A program made the translations under genes and the position numbers. 32,000 nt of DNA from Neisseria sp. CP9 (GTDB lineage Bacteria; Pseudomonadota; Gammaproteobacteria; Burkholderiales; Neisseriaceae). The first letter of the stretch is position 1. Each line of letters opens with the position of its first letter. Below are positions 1 to 9,280 of the stretch, piece by piece. The stretch lies in contig NZ_CP180502.1 in the NCBI RefSeq assembly GCF_047758525.1, positions 511,357-543,356 on the forward strand, written 5' to 3'. The notes under the pieces are model-generated. The model saw only the letters and a list, made by a program, of their open reading frames with translations. It made no database searches and was not told the origin of the DNA.

Positions 1-126
1 CCTGCTCCGTTTACCTCAACAGCGACGGCATCTTCTGGGCAAGCAATTCCAAAAATAATGAAGACTGCCCGGGCTTCGAACCCATCAGCCAAGAATAATT
101 TGAACCTGTCGCCGCGATTCATCATA

Positions 127-157
127 AAGGTCGTCTGAAAATTTTCAGACGACCTTT
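127..157. terminator. Inverted DUS pair (AAAGGTCGTCTGAAAA / TTTTCAGACGACCTTT) forming a hairpin downstream of a CDS that ends near the left window edge
   Basis: Exact GTCGTCTGAA at 130-139 and its reverse complement at 144-153. The perfect stem is flanked by A/T runs. Confidence 0.6.
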
Positions 158-271
158 ATTTATCCCTTTATCTATACAAAACCAACCCACGTCGTTCAAT
201 GCCATTATGAACTGATACCAACTGCACCACTCTTATCAATATCCCCATCTTTACCCACAACGGTCAATATC

Positions 272-736
272 ATGCTGACTTACACCCGCAGCGTCTGGCT
301 GGATGCGCCGCTCGAACCGATATTCCGCTACTGCACTTCCCGACATGGATTTGCCCGTCAGTTTCCGTTTGACGTGCAATGGCTGTCTGAAAAGGAATAC
401 TGGGCGCGGGGAGATATTTTGGATTTCAGATACAGAGTTTGCGGGATTTGGTTGCGGCATCGTGCCGAAGTCATTTCGCTTGAACCGAACCAATCGTTTA
501 CTGACTTAATGTTAAAAGGGATTTACCGCGCCTTCCGCCATACGCATGAATTCAAATCTTCCGGTGGGCGTACTTGTGTAACGGATACGGTGGAATTTAC
601 TTTCGGGCTGGGAAAAACGGTTGACTGGCTAATCGGATTACCAACTTTGCGTCGGACATTTGAAAAACGCCACCGTTTATTGAAAGAGTGGGCTGACCAA
701 TGGAATGGTCATGTTGAAGGAAATGTTGCAAATTGA
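272..736 (+). CDS. SRPBCC-superfamily (polyketide cyclase/dehydrase-like) small protein
   Basis: 154-aa ORF with an ATG start. The size and sequence pattern (WLDAPLEPIF...FRHTHEF...TVEF) resemble the START/Bet v1-like cyclase-dehydrase fold. Assignment is by recollection only. Confidence 0.6.
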   Translation: MLTYTRSVWLDAPLEPIFRYCTSRHGFARQFPFDVQWLSEKEYWARGDILDFRYRVCGIWLRHRAEVISLEPNQSFTDLMLKGIYRAFRHTHEFKSSGGRTCVTDTVEFTFGLGKTVDWLIGLPTLRRTFEKRHRLLKEWADQWNGHVEGNVAN

Positions 737-825
737 AGGTGTAACGGCTTTCAGACGACCTTTCACACGGATTAAAAAGTCGTTTATACTGCCAAACTCT
801 TTATCCGCAACTAAGGGAATAAACA

Positions 826-1284
826 ATGACCGTAAACAATTATTGGCATATGCAGATGCATCCAACAGACGAATTGGAAAAATTCAGCGGCTATATCGAC
901 TGGATTTTGGAACACCGAGGCTTTATCGGTATGGGAGAGTGGGAAGGTGGTCGTGAGACGATTAGTACATTTATCAACGAAATGACGGTAAACGACATCG
1001 TCGCCATCAAACGCGGCAGTAAATTGGTTGCATTGGTTCAAATCATCGGCGGCGCATATTTCGTACCACGCGAAAGCGATGAAGATGAGCGTACCAAATG
1101 GATAGAAAACCGCCGTCCCGTCCGTATATTGGATTGGGCAATCAATGGCGAAACCCTGCCTCAACCGATGGGTACATTAAACCGCTGCGCCAACGATGAG
1201 GTAAAAACCACACAGATTATCAAAGACTGGCATGAGCGTGTAAAAGCATCCTTTAAAAAGCGCGGCATCCATACCGAAGTCTGA
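826..1284 (+). CDS. Hypothetical 152-aa protein; possibly a stand-alone PUA/McrB-N-terminal-like domain (tentative)
   Basis: ATG preceded by the AAGGGA RBS. The ORF is bracketed by DUS copies at 750 and at 1312/1344/1356. The motif YWHMQMHP...NDIVAIKRG...ALVQI recalls N-terminal domains of some McrB-type proteins, but no ATPase partner is present. Confidence 0.55.
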   Translation: MTVNNYWHMQMHPTDELEKFSGYIDWILEHRGFIGMGEWEGGRETISTFINEMTVNDIVAIKRGSKLVALVQIIGGAYFVPRESDEDERTKWIENRRPVRILDWAINGETLPQPMGTLNRCANDEVKTTQIIKDWHERVKASFKKRGIHTEV

Positions 1285-1341
1285 TTAATTCTGAAAAAAT
1301 GTGTTCAATATTTCAGACGACCCTTGTCTAGTGAAAAAAAC

Positions 1342-1367
1342 AGGTCGTCTGAATGTTCAGACGACCT
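1342..1367. terminator. Bidirectional DUS-pair hairpin between the convergent 826-1284 ORF and pheA
   Basis: AGGTCGTCTGAA-TG-TTCAGACGACCT, a perfect 12-bp stem with a 2-nt loop. Confidence 0.6.
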
Positions 1368-1384
1368 TCTTCATTCCTACTACA

Positions 1385-2473
1385 TTACAAAACGGCTGCC
1401 GGATAGGAACCGATGACTTTGACAAACGATGCGCGTTCGCTCAAAAGCCGCAGTGCGTTTTGGACTTTTTCGTCGTTTTGATGTCCTTCGATGTCGATGA
1501 AGAACAGGTATTCCCACAGCGCGGATTTGCTCGGGCGGCTTTCGAACTTGGTCATTGAAATGCCCGATTCGGTAAACGGCTGCAACAGCGCGGCGACGGC
1601 GCCGGCGCGGTTGGGCGCGGAGACTGCCAGCGAGGTTTTGTCGTTGCCGCTGCTGCCGGTATCTTGATGCCCCATAACCAAGAAACGCGTGGTGTTGTTC
1701 GGTTCGTCTTCGATACATTCGGCGACATAGTTCAAATGATAAATATCCGCTGCGGTACGCCCCGCGATGGCGGCGATAGTGGAGTCGTCTGATTCTGCCA
1801 CCAGTCTTGCCGCCTCTCCGTTGCTGGAAACGGCGATGCGTTCGGCATTGGGCAGGTTGCGTCCGAGCCAGTCGTTGCATTGCGCAAGCGCTTGGGCGTG
1901 GGCGAAGACTTTTGTGATGCCGCCCAATTCATGCGTACCTTTACGCAAGAGGTTGTGATGGATGCGGACAATGACTTCGCCGCAGGCTTTCAATGCAGTT
2001 ACCGCCAGCAAATCCAAAGTGCGTCCGACCGAACCTTCGGTCGAGTTTTCAACCGGCGCGACCAAATAATCCGCCTGCCGCGTTTCGACTTGGCGAAAAC
2101 ATTGGTCTATGGTCTGAAATGCGGCGGTATGGGCGGCATGGCCGAAATGTTTGATGGCTGCCTGTTGGGTAAACGTTCCCTGCGGACCGAGGTAGGCAAT
2201 CGTCAGCGGACGCTCCAACGCCAAGCATTCGCTCATCACTTCGCGAAACAGTCTTGCGATGGACTCGTCAGGCAGCGGGCCTTCGTTCAAACTCTGAATC
2301 CGCCTCAATACCGCTACTTCGCGCTCGGGACGGTACACCGCGCCCGTTCCTTTCAATTCGCCGATGGCGTGCGCATGGCCTGCGCGCTCGTTCAACAGGC
2401 GCAAAATCTCGGCATCGATTTCATCGATGGCATTGCGGTGCGGCAAAAGCTGTTCGTCAATGGATAAGGACAT
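1385..2473 (-). CDS. pheA: Bifunctional chorismate mutase / prephenate dehydratase (P-protein)
   Basis: N-terminal chorismate mutase region (LPHRNAIDEIDAEILRLLNERA), a prephenate dehydratase core, and a C-terminal ACT region with ESRPSK. The track ORF starts at 2497, but the internal ATG at 2473 has a GGGG RBS about 9 nt upstream and is preferred. Confidence 0.9.
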   Translation of the reverse strand: MSLSIDEQLLPHRNAIDEIDAEILRLLNERAGHAHAIGELKGTGAVYRPEREVAVLRRIQSLNEGPLPDESIARLFREVMSECLALERPLTIAYLGPQGTFTQQAAIKHFGHAAHTAAFQTIDQCFRQVETRQADYLVAPVENSTEGSVGRTLDLLAVTALKACGEVIVRIHHNLLRKGTHELGGITKVFAHAQALAQCNDWLGRNLPNAERIAVSSNGEAARLVAESDDSTIAAIAGRTAADIYHLNYVAECIEDEPNNTTRFLVMGHQDTGSSGNDKTSLAVSAPNRAGAVAALLQPFTESGISMTKFESRPSKSALWEYLFFIDIEGHQNDEKVQNALRLLSERASFVKVIGSYPAAVL

Positions 2474-2530
2474 ATCGACAAGCCCCTTGTGATTCATTCA
2501 TAAAATACAAGCAATCATTCTAACATCAAA

Positions 2531-2570
2531 CAGGTCGTCTGAAAGCCCGAATACGTTTTCAGACGACCTG
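2531..2570. repeat. Inverted DUS pair (CAGGTCGTCTGAAA ... TTTCAGACGACCTG) in the pheA/misR divergent intergenic region
   Basis: Exact DUS cores at 2534-2543 and 2558-2567 form a 14-bp stem with a 12-nt loop. It lies 34 nt upstream of the pheA start on the minus strand. Confidence 0.8.
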
Positions 2571-2842
2571 TTTTAGAATCACTCCGTCCTTTCTCGAACG
2601 CAGCCTTTACCGGCATTATTTTGCCGTCCGTTTGACGCGTATCCGGCGTATATTTTGGGGATTTGGTACAGGGGTCGTCTGAAAATGTAAAGACAGCGTC
2701 CCTGCAATGCAAAAAAGCGCAAAAGCATAGGAAAACAAGCTATCAAAAAACTCAAAATGCGTGTTAAGATTAGCCATCACTATCCGCCGCACCCGTTTAT
2801 TTCGGGTTTGCGCAGCGCATACAATCACGAAAAGGAAATCCC

Positions 2843-3520
2843 ATGAGTCGCGTATTACTCGTAGATGACGACGCTTTGCTGACCGAATTGCTCACCGAAT
2901 ACCTCACCGCCGAAGGATTGAACGTCCACAGCGTTCCGGACGGCGAAGCCGGTGTACACGAAATCCTGACCGGCCAGTACGATGTTGTCGTATTAGACTC
3001 CATGATGCCGAAAATGAACGGCTTGGACGTATTGAAAAACGTCCGCTCCCAAAGCACCGTTCCCATCATCATGCTGACCGCCAAAGGCGACGATATCGAC
3101 CGCATCATCGGATTGGAAATGGGTGCGGACGACTATGTTCCAAAACCTTGCACCCCGCGCGAACTGTTGGCACGCATCAACGCCATCCTGCGCCGTGCTC
3201 AACAAAGCGGCGAGCCGAACAACGCGCCAAACAGTATTTCCGTGAGCGATGTCGTACTCTACCCTGCCAAACGTCAGGCAACCATCAAAGACACTCCGCT
3301 TGAGCTGACCAGCACTGAGTTCAACCTGCTCGAAGTCCTGATGCGCCATGCCGGACAAGTCGTCAGCAAAGAAACTTTGTCCATCGAAGCACTCGACCGC
3401 AAACTGGCAAAATTCGACCGCAGCATCGACGTCCATATCTCCAGCATCCGCCACAAATTGGGCGATGCCTCGCTGATTCAGACCGTACGGGGCTTGGGCT
3501 ACCTGTTTGTTAAAAACTAA
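2843..3520 (+). CDS. misR: OmpR/PhoB-family response regulator (CpxR/MisR-like)
   Basis: Receiver domain (LLVDDD...VVLDSMMPKMNG...LTAKG) plus a winged-helix output domain (VRGLGYLF). The order regulator-kinase-large ORF-rpsP-rimM-trmD-rplS matches my recollection of the meningococcal misRS neighbourhood. Confidence 0.75.
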   Translation: MSRVLLVDDDALLTELLTEYLTAEGLNVHSVPDGEAGVHEILTGQYDVVVLDSMMPKMNGLDVLKNVRSQSTVPIIMLTAKGDDIDRIIGLEMGADDYVPKPCTPRELLARINAILRRAQQSGEPNNAPNSISVSDVVLYPAKRQATIKDTPLELTSTEFNLLEVLMRHAGQVVSKETLSIEALDRKLAKFDRSIDVHISSIRHKLGDASLIQTVRGLGYLFVKN

Positions 3521-3535
3521 AGATAAAACAGATCA

Positions 3536-4951
3536 ATGAAACTGTTTCAACGCATCTTCGCCACATTTTGCGCAGTCATCGTCTGCGCAATCTTTGTGGC
3601 GAGTTTTTCTTTTTGGCTGGTGCAAAATACCCTTGCCGAAAACCAATTCAACCAACGCCGCACCATCGAAACCACTTTGATGAACAGCATCCTCTCCGCC
3701 TTTAGGGCGCGCGGGGACAGCGGTGCGCGCGAAATTTTGGCGGAATGGGAAGACAGCCCCGTCTCCAATTCCGTTTACGTCATTTTGGGCGACGAGAAAA
3801 AAGACATCCTCGACCGCAATATCGACGGACACACCATCGAACGCGCCCGCGTGTTTGCCATCAATAATCCCAATTCCGATTTGGCGCACATCGAATACGA
3901 CCGTTTCGGCGAAGAATACCTCTTCTTTATCAAAGGTTGGGACAGCCATCAGGCGCAACGCCTACCCAGCCCGCTCTTCATCCCGGGTCTGCCGCTCGCC
4001 CCGATTTGGCACGAATTTATCATCCTATCCTTCATCATCGTCGTCGGTCTGTTGATGGCGTACATCCTCGCCAGCAACATCACCAAACCCATCAAGATCT
4101 TGGGCAGCGGTATGGACAGGGTGGCAAACGGCGAACTTGAAACCCGTATTTCCCAGCAAGTGGATGACCGCGACGACGAATTGTCCCACCTTGCCATCCA
4201 GTTCGACAAAATGGCGGAAAAACTGGAAAAACTCGTTGCCAAAGAACGCCACCTGCTTCATCACGTCTCCCACGAAATGCGCTCTCCCTTGGCGCGTATG
4301 CAGGCGATTGTCGGACTGATTCAGGCACAGCCGCAAAAGCAGGAGCAATACCTGAAAAGGCTGGAAGGCGAATTGACCCGCATGGATACCTTGGTCGGCG
4401 AGTTGCTGACGCTTTCCCGTTTGGAAACATCCAACATCCCGCTGGAAAAAGAAAGCCTGAAACTCGTCCCTTTCCTGAAAAACATCGTGGAAGACAACCA
4501 AAGCATCGCTCAGCAGAACAAACAAAGCGTTACCCTTTCGGTCGAACCCAGAATCCCCGAAAATGCCACGGTCTGCGCCAACGAAGGCTATTTGTACCGC
4601 GCGTTTGACAACGTTATCCGCAACGCCATCAATTACAGCCCCGAAGGCAGCACCATCCGCGTCAATATCGGACAAGACGGCAAACATTGGATTGTGGACG
4701 TTACCGACAACGGTCCAGGCGTGGACGAAATGCAACTGCCGCACATTTTCACCGCCTTTTACCGTGCCGACTCCAGCGCCAGCAAACCAGGCACAGGCTT
4801 GGGTCTTGCCCTGACTCAGCACATCATGGAGCAGCACAACGGCAAAATCATGGCTGAAAACATCAAGCCGAATGGTTTGAAAATGCACTTTATCCTGCCC
4901 AAAAAGAAAGTGAACGGCAAAGCAGAAAAGCCGCATCCTAAAACCACTTGA
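3536..4951 (+). CDS. misS: Sensor histidine kinase (CpxA/MisS-like)
   Basis: Two TM segments, a HAMP region, the H-box HHVSHEMRSPLARM, and N/G boxes (IRNAINYS, DNGPGV, GTGLGLAL). It sits 15 nt downstream of the regulator gene. Confidence 0.75.
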   Translation: MKLFQRIFATFCAVIVCAIFVASFSFWLVQNTLAENQFNQRRTIETTLMNSILSAFRARGDSGAREILAEWEDSPVSNSVYVILGDEKKDILDRNIDGHTIERARVFAINNPNSDLAHIEYDRFGEEYLFFIKGWDSHQAQRLPSPLFIPGLPLAPIWHEFIILSFIIVVGLLMAYILASNITKPIKILGSGMDRVANGELETRISQQVDDRDDELSHLAIQFDKMAEKLEKLVAKERHLLHHVSHEMRSPLARMQAIVGLIQAQPQKQEQYLKRLEGELTRMDTLVGELLTLSRLETSNIPLEKESLKLVPFLKNIVEDNQSIAQQNKQSVTLSVEPRIPENATVCANEGYLYRAFDNVIRNAINYSPEGSTIRVNIGQDGKHWIVDVTDNGPGVDEMQLPHIFTAFYRADSSASKPGTGLGLALTQHIMEQHNGKIMAENIKPNGLKMHFILPKKKVNGKAEKPHPKTT

Positions 4952-5005
4952 CCATGAATGTTGCCAATCGGGGCTTGTAAACAAATTGCCACACCCCAAG
5001 CCTAT

Positions 5006-5061
5006 AAAAGGTCGTCTGAAAAGAACAAACCCTTACGTTCCCGCCTTTCAGACGACCTTTT
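5006..5061. terminator. DUS-pair hairpin after misS
   Basis: AAAAGGTCGTCTGAAA ... TTTCAGACGACCTTTT with a roughly 25-nt spacer and a trailing T run. Confidence 0.55.
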
Positions 5062-5271
5062 ATGCCATTTGTCATATATAATTCATATAAATAATTAAAT
5101 CATTTATAGTTTGCATGTTCGCCATACCAAGCAGCAAACAAACTTTTCATTTACAACAAAAACAAATAATAAACACCGAATCCGGTTCATTTACACACGG
5201 CAACCCTTCCAACCCAAACCGCCCGAAAGGTCGTCTGAAACGCACCATCCTCACACCGAAAAGGAGGCACC

Positions 5272-7665
5272 ATGTCCGCCCAATCCATGTCCAGCTACTT
5301 CTTCATGCCCAACCACATCATCCTCGTGGGCGCGAGCGAACGCCCATACAGCCTGGGCGAACGCATCCTAAGCAACCTCCTGAGCGCACCGTTTCAAGGT
5401 CAAATCACACCCGTCAACCTACGCCACCGCACAGTTGCCGGACTCACCTCCTACACCAATCTCAACAAAATCCCGGGCAGCGCCGACCTCGTCATCGCCG
5501 TAACGCCGCCTGACAGCTACGACGCCCTGTTCAAATCCTGCCGCAAAAAACAGTTCGGCCACATCATCCTCATCCAAGACTGGGAAAGCCTGTCCGACGA
5601 CGAATGGCACACCGCCGAAGCCGCCATCAAAAAACACCACGGCGACGAGCTCAACATCAGCGTGTGCAGCCCCGCCGGCGTACAGCTTCCATCGCAAAGC
5701 CTCAACATCAGTTCCCAACCCGACCATCCGGCAGGCTACACCGCCCTTCTGACCGGACACGCCTCCGTCAGCAGCGAAATCAACCTCATGCTGCAAAAAA
5801 TGGGACAAGGCATTTCGCGCCACATCAGTCTCAACTATCCGCTCAGCCCCACCACTTCCGCCGACTGGCTCAACCGTTTCGGCCACAACCGCCATACTAA
5901 AGTTGCCGTCATCGAGCATAACCCAGCCGAAAACCAACGCAACCTGTTCAGCGCCATCCGCCATTTCGCCCGCCACACCCCGCTCATCCTCCACGTTACC
6001 CACTGTTCAGACGACACTGAAAAAGCCGTGTTACGCTGCCTTGCGCGTCATTGCAACTTCCTCGCCACATTCAGCAGCAGCGAACTCGAAGCCGCCCTGC
6101 ACGCACGTTTATCCGATCTCCCCCCTCTGAACAGTATCGACATCCTGTCTAATACCCCTGCCGAGTGGTTGGAAACCTGCGCGCCTCAAAACCTAAAACT
6201 CCAATTCCCCACCGAGCAGCCAAACATCCGCCAAGGTTACATCGGCAGCACACCCACGCCCGCGCATTACCACAGCATCGCCAGCCAACAACTTCAAAAC
6301 ACCCATACCGAAGCCCTGCTCGCCATCGTCTCCCCGACCGACAGCCCTGACGAAAAAAATCTGACCCGCACCCTGAGCATGCTGGCGAAACACACTGCCA
6401 AACCCCTACTTGTCAGCAGCCGCTTTTCAGACGACCTCCTGCATTTCGACCGTCCTGAACAAGCCCTGCAAGCCTTATCGTTCCGAAACATTGCCGACCA
6501 ACTACAAAAAGAGCAGTTACGCATCGCCACGCCTAAAAAAGGTCGTCTGAAAACCCCGCAAGCAAGAAACATTACCAAAGCCCTCGCTTCAAAAGACCTC
6601 CCCTTGCTTGCCGAAGCCCTGTGCCTGCCCGCTTATCAGCACACCACGCATAACGCGGTGCAATTCCGTTTTCAACGCCATACCGTCTATGGCGACATCC
6701 TGACCGTATGCCATCAAGGCAGAACCACTGCCGCGCTCCCGCCGTTTTCTACGCTGGACATTGAACACATCGCCCATTTCGCCCAACTTGAAAACACGCA
6801 TATTCTCAACCAACTCCTGCACACCTTAAACACACTCAGCCAGCGGCAGCAATACATCGGCGAAATCCTGCTCAACCTCAACGGCGACCAATACAGCAGT
6901 GACTTTGTATTGCAGGCTGACGAACGTCCCTCCCCGAAAAACAAACCAACCAATATAGCCACCCTCAAGCTCGAACAAGCCGCCGCCAAAGTACAGACCG
7001 CAGCGGAATACCTGCGCAGCAAAAATCCTGCTGCCGCCGAGTTCCTCCGCAATACCGGCGAAGCCGCCGCCGAACTTTTGGGCGCAAAAACTGAAAGCGA
7101 AGCCCCCATCCAAAACGTACTCGCCCCCTACCCGACCGAGCATCCTTCCACGCTTACCCTCAAAAACGGCGAAACCGTAACCATCCGCCCCCTCACTCCC
7201 GAAGACGCGGAAGCCAAGCAACAATTCGTCCGCAGCCTTTCTCCGCAAGCGCGCTACACCCGTTTCATGACCCACACCAACGAATTGCCCATCCCCACCC
7301 TCGCACGCTTCAGCAAACTCGACTACCACAGCGAAGCCGCATGGACGGCACGCAATTCAGACGACCTCATCGTCGCCGTCAGCCGCTTCAGCCGTATCAA
7401 CCGCAATGAATGCGAATTCGGCATCACGCTTGCTGAAAACGTACGCGGCAAAGGGTTGGCAGTGGAAATGATGAAGCTGATTATCCAATCGGCAACACAA
7501 CAAGGCTACCGCGTCATGAGCGCCCAAATACTCAAATCCAACACCCCTATGCTTAAACTTGCTGAAAAATCAGGCTTTACCATCACACCTTCCGAAGAAG
7601 ACAACACTTTGTGCCAAGCACGCCTCAGCCTGACCACTCCGCAAAACAGCAACAAAAACAAATAA
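5272..7665 (+). CDS. Large CoA-binding-domain / C-terminal GNAT acetyltransferase (PatZ/Pka-like protein acetyltransferase)
   Basis: AAGGAGG RBS at 5261-5267. The N-terminus has a CoA-binding Rossmann-like segment (IILVGASERPYSLGERI...DLVIAVTPP). The C-terminal roughly 170 aa carries a GNAT core (ITLAENVRGKGLAVEMMKLI). Four in-frame DUS copies lie at 6006, 6426, 6542 and 7356. Confidence 0.7.
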   Translation: MSAQSMSSYFFMPNHIILVGASERPYSLGERILSNLLSAPFQGQITPVNLRHRTVAGLTSYTNLNKIPGSADLVIAVTPPDSYDALFKSCRKKQFGHIILIQDWESLSDDEWHTAEAAIKKHHGDELNISVCSPAGVQLPSQSLNISSQPDHPAGYTALLTGHASVSSEINLMLQKMGQGISRHISLNYPLSPTTSADWLNRFGHNRHTKVAVIEHNPAENQRNLFSAIRHFARHTPLILHVTHCSDDTEKAVLRCLARHCNFLATFSSSELEAALHARLSDLPPLNSIDILSNTPAEWLETCAPQNLKLQFPTEQPNIRQGYIGSTPTPAHYHSIASQQLQNTHTEALLAIVSPTDSPDEKNLTRTLSMLAKHTAKPLLVSSRFSDDLLHFDRPEQALQALSFRNIADQLQKEQLRIATPKKGRLKTPQARNITKALASKDLPLLAEALCLPAYQHTTHNAVQFRFQRHTVYGDILTVCHQGRTTAALPPFSTLDIEHIAHFAQLENTHILNQLLHTLNTLSQRQQYIGEILLNLNGDQYSSDFVLQADERPSPKNKPTNIATLKLEQAAAKVQTAAEYLRSKNPAAAEFLRNTGEAAAELLGAKTESEAPIQNVLAPYPTEHPSTLTLKNGETVTIRPLTPEDAEAKQQFVRSLSPQARYTRFMTHTNELPIPTLARFSKLDYHSEAAWTARNSDDLIVAVSRFSRINRNECEFGITLAENVRGKGLAVEMMKLIIQSATQQGYRVMSAQILKSNTPMLKLAEKSGFTITPSEEDNTLCQARLSLTTPQNSNKNK

Positions 7666-7669
7666 AAAC

Positions 7670-7699
7670 TTGCATGAACAACGCAAAATGTCCTAAAAT
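7670..7699 (+). promoter_or_regulatory. Candidate sigma70 promoter of the rpsP operon
   Basis: TTGCAT (7670-7675), an 18-nt spacer, then TAAAAT (7694-7699), about 43 nt upstream of the rpsP ATG. Confidence 0.4.
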
Positions 7700-7741
7700 T
7701 AGCGGTTTCTTATCTATCCGATTTTCTCAAAAGGACTCAAA

Positions 7742-7990
7742 ATGGTAGTTATCCGTTTGGCTCGCGGTGGTTCTAAACACCGTCCCTTCTTCCACGTAGT
7801 CGTTGCCGACTCCCACAACCGTCGCGACGGCCGCTTCATCGAGCGCGTTGGCTTCTACAACCCTGTTGCCAATGAAAAACAAGAGCGCGTACGCCTCCAA
7901 GCCGACCGCCTGAACCACTGGATCGCTCAAGGCGCACAAGTTAGTGACGCAGTTGCAAAACTGATCAAAGAACAAAAAGCTGCTGCTTAA
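7742..7990 (+). CDS. rpsP: 30S ribosomal protein S16
   Basis: [41 protein letters not shown] is the canonical S16 N-terminus. Confidence 0.97.
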   Translation: MVVIRLARGGSKHRPFFHVVVADSHNRRDGRFIERVGFYNPVANEKQERVRLQADRLNHWIAQGAQVSDAVAKLIKEQKAAA

Positions 7991-8008
7991 TCACCGGCTA
8001 ATCTTGCT

Positions 8009-8518
8009 ATGACCGACACTCGACAACGGGTAGCCATGGGCTACATCAAAGGCGTATTCGGCATCAAAGGCTGGCTCAAAATAGCCGCCAATACAGAATA
8101 CGCCGACAGCCTCCTGGACTACCCTGAGTGGCAGTTAAGCAAAGACGGTAAAACACTGAATGTGACACTCGAAGCCGGCAAAATCGTCAGCGGAGAGCTT
8201 CAGGTCAAATTCGAAGGCATAGACGATCGCGATCAGGCTTTTGCCCTGCGCAGCTATACCATCGAAATCCCCCGAGAAGAATTCGCCCCTACCGAGGAAG
8301 GCGAATACTATTGGGCAGATTTAGTCGGCATGACTGTTGTCAACAAAGACGATATCGTGCTCGGCAAAGTCACAAACCTGATGGAAACCGGTGCCAACGA
8401 TGTTTTGATGATTAATGGAGAACATGGTCAAATCCTGATCCCGTTCGTATCCAACTACATTGAAGCCGTCGATACCAAAAGCAAAACCATTACCGCCGAC
8501 TGGGGCTTAGACTACTGA
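8009..8518 (+). CDS. rimM: 16S rRNA processing protein RimM
   Basis: [15 protein letters not shown] motif plus a PRC-barrel C-terminus, in the conserved position between rpsP and trmD. Confidence 0.93.
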   Translation: MTDTRQRVAMGYIKGVFGIKGWLKIAANTEYADSLLDYPEWQLSKDGKTLNVTLEAGKIVSGELQVKFEGIDDRDQAFALRSYTIEIPREEFAPTEEGEYYWADLVGMTVVNKDDIVLGKVTNLMETGANDVLMINGEHGQILIPFVSNYIEAVDTKSKTITADWGLDY

Positions 8519-9267
8519 TGTTGATACAAGCCATCACCATCTTCCCCGAAATGTTCGACAGCATCACCGAATACGGCGTAACCGGTCGCGCAAAAAAACA
8601 AAACCTTTGGCAATTCCAAGCCATCAATCCTCGCAAATTCGCCGACAACAAACTCGGCTATATTGACGACCGCCCCTTTGGCGGAGGTCCGGGAATGATT
8701 ATGATGGCACCGCCGCTGCAAGCAGCGATAGAAGAAGCAAAACAAACATCTTCAGTTCCTGCAAAAGTCATCTATCTTAGCCCGCAAGGTCAACCGCTGA
8801 CCCACAAAAAAGCCGTAGAACTTGCGAAATCTCCGCATCTCATACTGCTTTGCGGACGATACGAAGGAATTGACGAACGCCTGTTGCAAAGCAGCGTAGA
8901 TGAAGAAATCAGCATAGGCGATTTTGTTGTCTCCGGCGGAGAGCTGCCCGCCATGATACTGATGGATGCCGTACTCAGACTGATACCCGGCGTATTGGGC
9001 GATATACAGTCAGCCGAGCAGGACTCATTTTCAGACGACCTGCTAGACTGCCCCCATTACACCAAACCCTTAGAATTCCAAGGCATGACTGTTCCCGACG
9101 TATTGCGTTCGGGCAATCATGGCTTGATAGCCGAATGGCGGTTGAAACAATCGCTGCGGCGCACCCTGGAGCGCAGACCAGACCTACTGGAAAAGCGCAG
9201 TTTAATCCCAAAGGAATCCCGCCTCTTAAAAGAAATCTTGCAAGAGCAACAGGAAATCCAATCATAA
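8518..9267 (+). CDS. trmD: tRNA (guanine37-N1)-methyltransferase
   Basis: [19 protein letters not shown] and [11 protein letters not shown] motifs. The start overlaps the rimM stop (TGATG). Confidence 0.96.
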   Translation: MLIQAITIFPEMFDSITEYGVTGRAKKQNLWQFQAINPRKFADNKLGYIDDRPFGGGPGMIMMAPPLQAAIEEAKQTSSVPAKVIYLSPQGQPLTHKKAVELAKSPHLILLCGRYEGIDERLLQSSVDEEISIGDFVVSGGELPAMILMDAVLRLIPGVLGDIQSAEQDSFSDDLLDCPHYTKPLEFQGMTVPDVLRSGNHGLIAEWRLKQSLRRTLERRPDLLEKRSLIPKESRLLKEILQEQQEIQS

Positions 9268-9280
9268 TTTAGGAAAAACA

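Noticed and set aside
1-138. Possible 3' end of a plus-strand CDS entering from the left edge. Frame 3 is open to a TAA at 96-98, and frame 1 is open to a TGA at 136-138 inside the DUS.
   Set aside because: Fewer than 50 codons are visible and two frames are open. Frame 3 (…SVYLNSDGIFWASNSKNNEDCPGFEPISQE) looks more protein-like, but I cannot identify the gene or choose confidently, so it is not reported as a feature.
4025-4999. 324-aa minus-strand ORF antisense to misS. Similar long antisense or shadow ORFs lie at 1380-1880, 1880-2467, 2993-3454, 3533-3958, 5419-6003, 6826-7329, 21204-21695, 21699-22445, 22084-22671, 22751-23326, 24013-24603, 25590-26144, 25954-26571, 27649-28569 and 30648-31175.
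   Set aside because: Each lies entirely inside a confidently identified gene on the other strand or frame. They have low-complexity, Arg/Gly/Ala/Val-rich or repetitive composition and lack RBS and motifs. These are typical shadow ORFs of GC3-biased genes.
5062-5110. AT-rich block with weak dyad symmetry (ATAAAT-N9-ATTTAT) upstream of the PatZ-like gene, considered as a Fur/IHF-type operator.
   Set aside because: The match to the Fur hexamer model is partial, with one good hexamer out of three. AT-rich promoter DNA gives such dyads by chance.
5111-5513. 86-aa and 132-aa plus-strand ORFs upstream of and overlapping the start of the PatZ-like gene.
   Set aside because: They have low-complexity Pro/Thr/His/Arg-rich sequence, are out of frame with the well-supported 5272 start (AAGGAGG RBS), and have no motifs.
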